A DNA stretch of 63,785 nucleotides, filler included, from Octopus bimaculoides (Eukaryota), in the NCBI RefSeq assembly GCF_001194135.2. It is 4 parts of 4 records of this genome, joined end to end, with 100 filler letters (N's around TTAATTAATTAA, not from the genome) between each part and the next. Parts side by side here need not be neighbours in the genome. Positions count along the whole stretch, not along the records: positions 54,762 to 63,785 come from NC_068981.1; 3 more parts are not named here. One strand, written 5' to 3'. The notes under the pieces were generated by a model. That model was not told the DNA's origin and made no database searches. It was given only the letters and a program-made list of their open reading frames with translations. Shown here piece by piece: positions 61,911 through 63,785 of this stretch; the first letter of the stretch is position 1, and each line of letters starts with the position of its first letter. Made by a program: the position numbers and the translations under genes.

Positions 61911-62852
61911 CTCTCTCTCTCTCTCTCTCTCTCTCCCATACATCTTCCACATGCAGCAACGTCTCATAGCACTTACATGCTTTTTTCTTATCAGTGTCAT
62001 CGAGAGCGAGTCAGCTGTCATCATTCTATGTACACGTCTCCCCAATGAACTCTTGACTTTCTCTAGTTACTGTCTAGCAATGCAGTTCATTTCATGCCAC
62101 TGACATTCACTTTGAAGAACATGTGCAGACTTCGTTTTTTTTGTCTGCCTCTCTACATGCTATATGGTATTTTTCTCTGCTGGCCTCTTGCCCCCAGTTT
62201 TTATAAGCCTGTTGCTTATGCACTGTCTGTGGTATTGTTCCACCACCACATTACCTTGCATAAGGCTGGGACCATACACCAGCCACAAGTTTGGTTAGCA
62301 GCCTCCAGCACATTGTTCCAAAATAGCTATCAGTTTCACTACGCTCGCGCGCGCGCACATACGGACAGACGTGCGCACGGACGCAAGCACGCACGCACAC
62401 ACACATCTGTATGTATGTATGTGTATGCATGTGTATGTGTATGTATGTATGTATGCCTGAATGCATGCTTGTATACACGCACACGTACGTATATACATAC
62501 ATACATGCATGCATGCATACATATATACATATATACATACATACATACGTACGTACGTATGTATGTACGTGCATGCATACATACAAACATAGATGCACGC
62601 ATGCGTACGTACATACGTACAAACTTGCATTCCTACATACTTACAGGCATATATATACGTACATATGTACATTAGTACATAGATGCGTGCATACATATAT
62701 GTAATAAAAGTGATGCAATGAAATCTGTACATAGTTAATTCTTAATTTTCTGAAACTTCCATCCGAGTTGGAGACAGAAAGCCAAAACTGGGAAGCAAAT
62801 GGAAGGGAGATAATTTCCAGAAATTTAAACCAAAGTTCTTGAATTATTTATT

Positions 62853-63065
62853 CTTTTCTACTTTAGGTACAAGGCCCGAAATGTTTGGCGATGGGGCCAG
62901 TCGATTAGATCGACCCAGTACGCAACTGGTACTTAATTTATCGACCTCCGAAAGGATGAAATGCAAAGTCGACTTCGGCGGAATTTGAGCTCAGAACATA
63001 AAAGCAGACGAAATATCGCTAAGCATTTCGCCCGGTGTGCAAACTTTTCTGCTAGCTCATAGCCT
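62853..63065 (-). mobile_element. SINE family 1 with 17-bp target-site duplication
   Basis: TTCTTGAATTATTTATT directly repeated at 62836-62852 and 63066-63082. Confidence 0.9.
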
Positions 63066-63249
63066 TTCTTGAATTATTTATTAAACTGCAGAAAGTACAG
63101 CCTGGTCTTCCATTGCAAGCCCCGATCAGTTATATACATGCTTGTACATATGTATGGTTGGTTGATTTATCGAACGATAAACCAAGCAATCGATTAGCTA
63201 ATTGGATAAGTAAGTAATAATGAATTGACTAACAACAGCAACAATAATC

Positions 63250-63458
63250 TTTTCTACTCTAAGCACAAGGTTCGAAATTTTGGGGTAGGGGGGGGGGCAG
63301 TCGATTAGATCGACACCAGTATGCAACCGGTACTTAATTTATCGATTCCGAAAGGATGAAAAGTAAAGTCGACCTCAGCGGAATTTGTACTCCGAACATA
63401 AAAGCAGACGAAATATCGCTAAGCATTTCGCCCGGTGTGCTAACTTTTCTGCTAGCTC
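63250..63458 (-). mobile_element. SINE family 1
   Basis: Aligns by eye with the 62853-63065 copy. Confidence 0.85.
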
Positions 63459-63785
63459 GTGATCTTAGAACAACAATAATAATGCAAGCTCTGTGTTGTC
63501 AACGAGAAGAACAGTCTGGAATGGTACGTGAAACAGCAGAGTGAATCAGTACTTGCTGCTGTTAGAAATAATAACACGGGACCATTCGTTTCTTTTTCCT
63601 GTCTTATCAGATTTTACGTGAGAAATTTCTTCACAATGGATAAACAGCTGTTTTAATAAAACTATAAAACCTTGCAAACCAACAACCGGTTATAAGGGAG
63701 CTAACTCTCTAAGTGTTTTAAATTATTTCCCTTCGTGCTTTAAACTCATAAATGTTTTTTTTTTATAATTGAAGTTAATGATAAT

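Overview
AT-rich, microsatellite-saturated animal genomic DNA. The SINE, RTE, CR1 and Penelope repertoire looks like a coleoid cephalopod, probably Octopus (recognition from memory, no search run). The window is four pieces joined by artificial 100-nt spacers (44 N + TTAATTAATTAA + 44 N) at about 24.7, 46.2 and 54.7 kb, so adjacency across those points is unproven. Nearly all ORFs in the supplied track are microsatellite or N-gap artefacts. One host gene is well supported although absent from the track as a unit: the first five coding exons of NOP53 (GLTSCR2/PICT1) on the minus strand, 32431 to 25462, 188 codons, with canonical GT-AG sites and consistent phases. The rest is transposon debris: three tRNA-SINE families, RTE/RTE-X, CR1, several Penelope-like (GIY-YIG) fragments, two internally deleted Ty3/Gypsy elements, a Tc1 transposase pseudogene and several MITE/fold-back elements. 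The most striking unannotated signal is nine minimal type-I hammerhead-ribozyme-like motifs from about five sequence families. Several lie in inverted (fold-back) pairs that would mask the ribozyme in dsRNA. Also notable are a 69-bp-arm near-perfect hairpin with inward-facing telomeric repeats and a Penelope composite with a twin-priming-like inversion.
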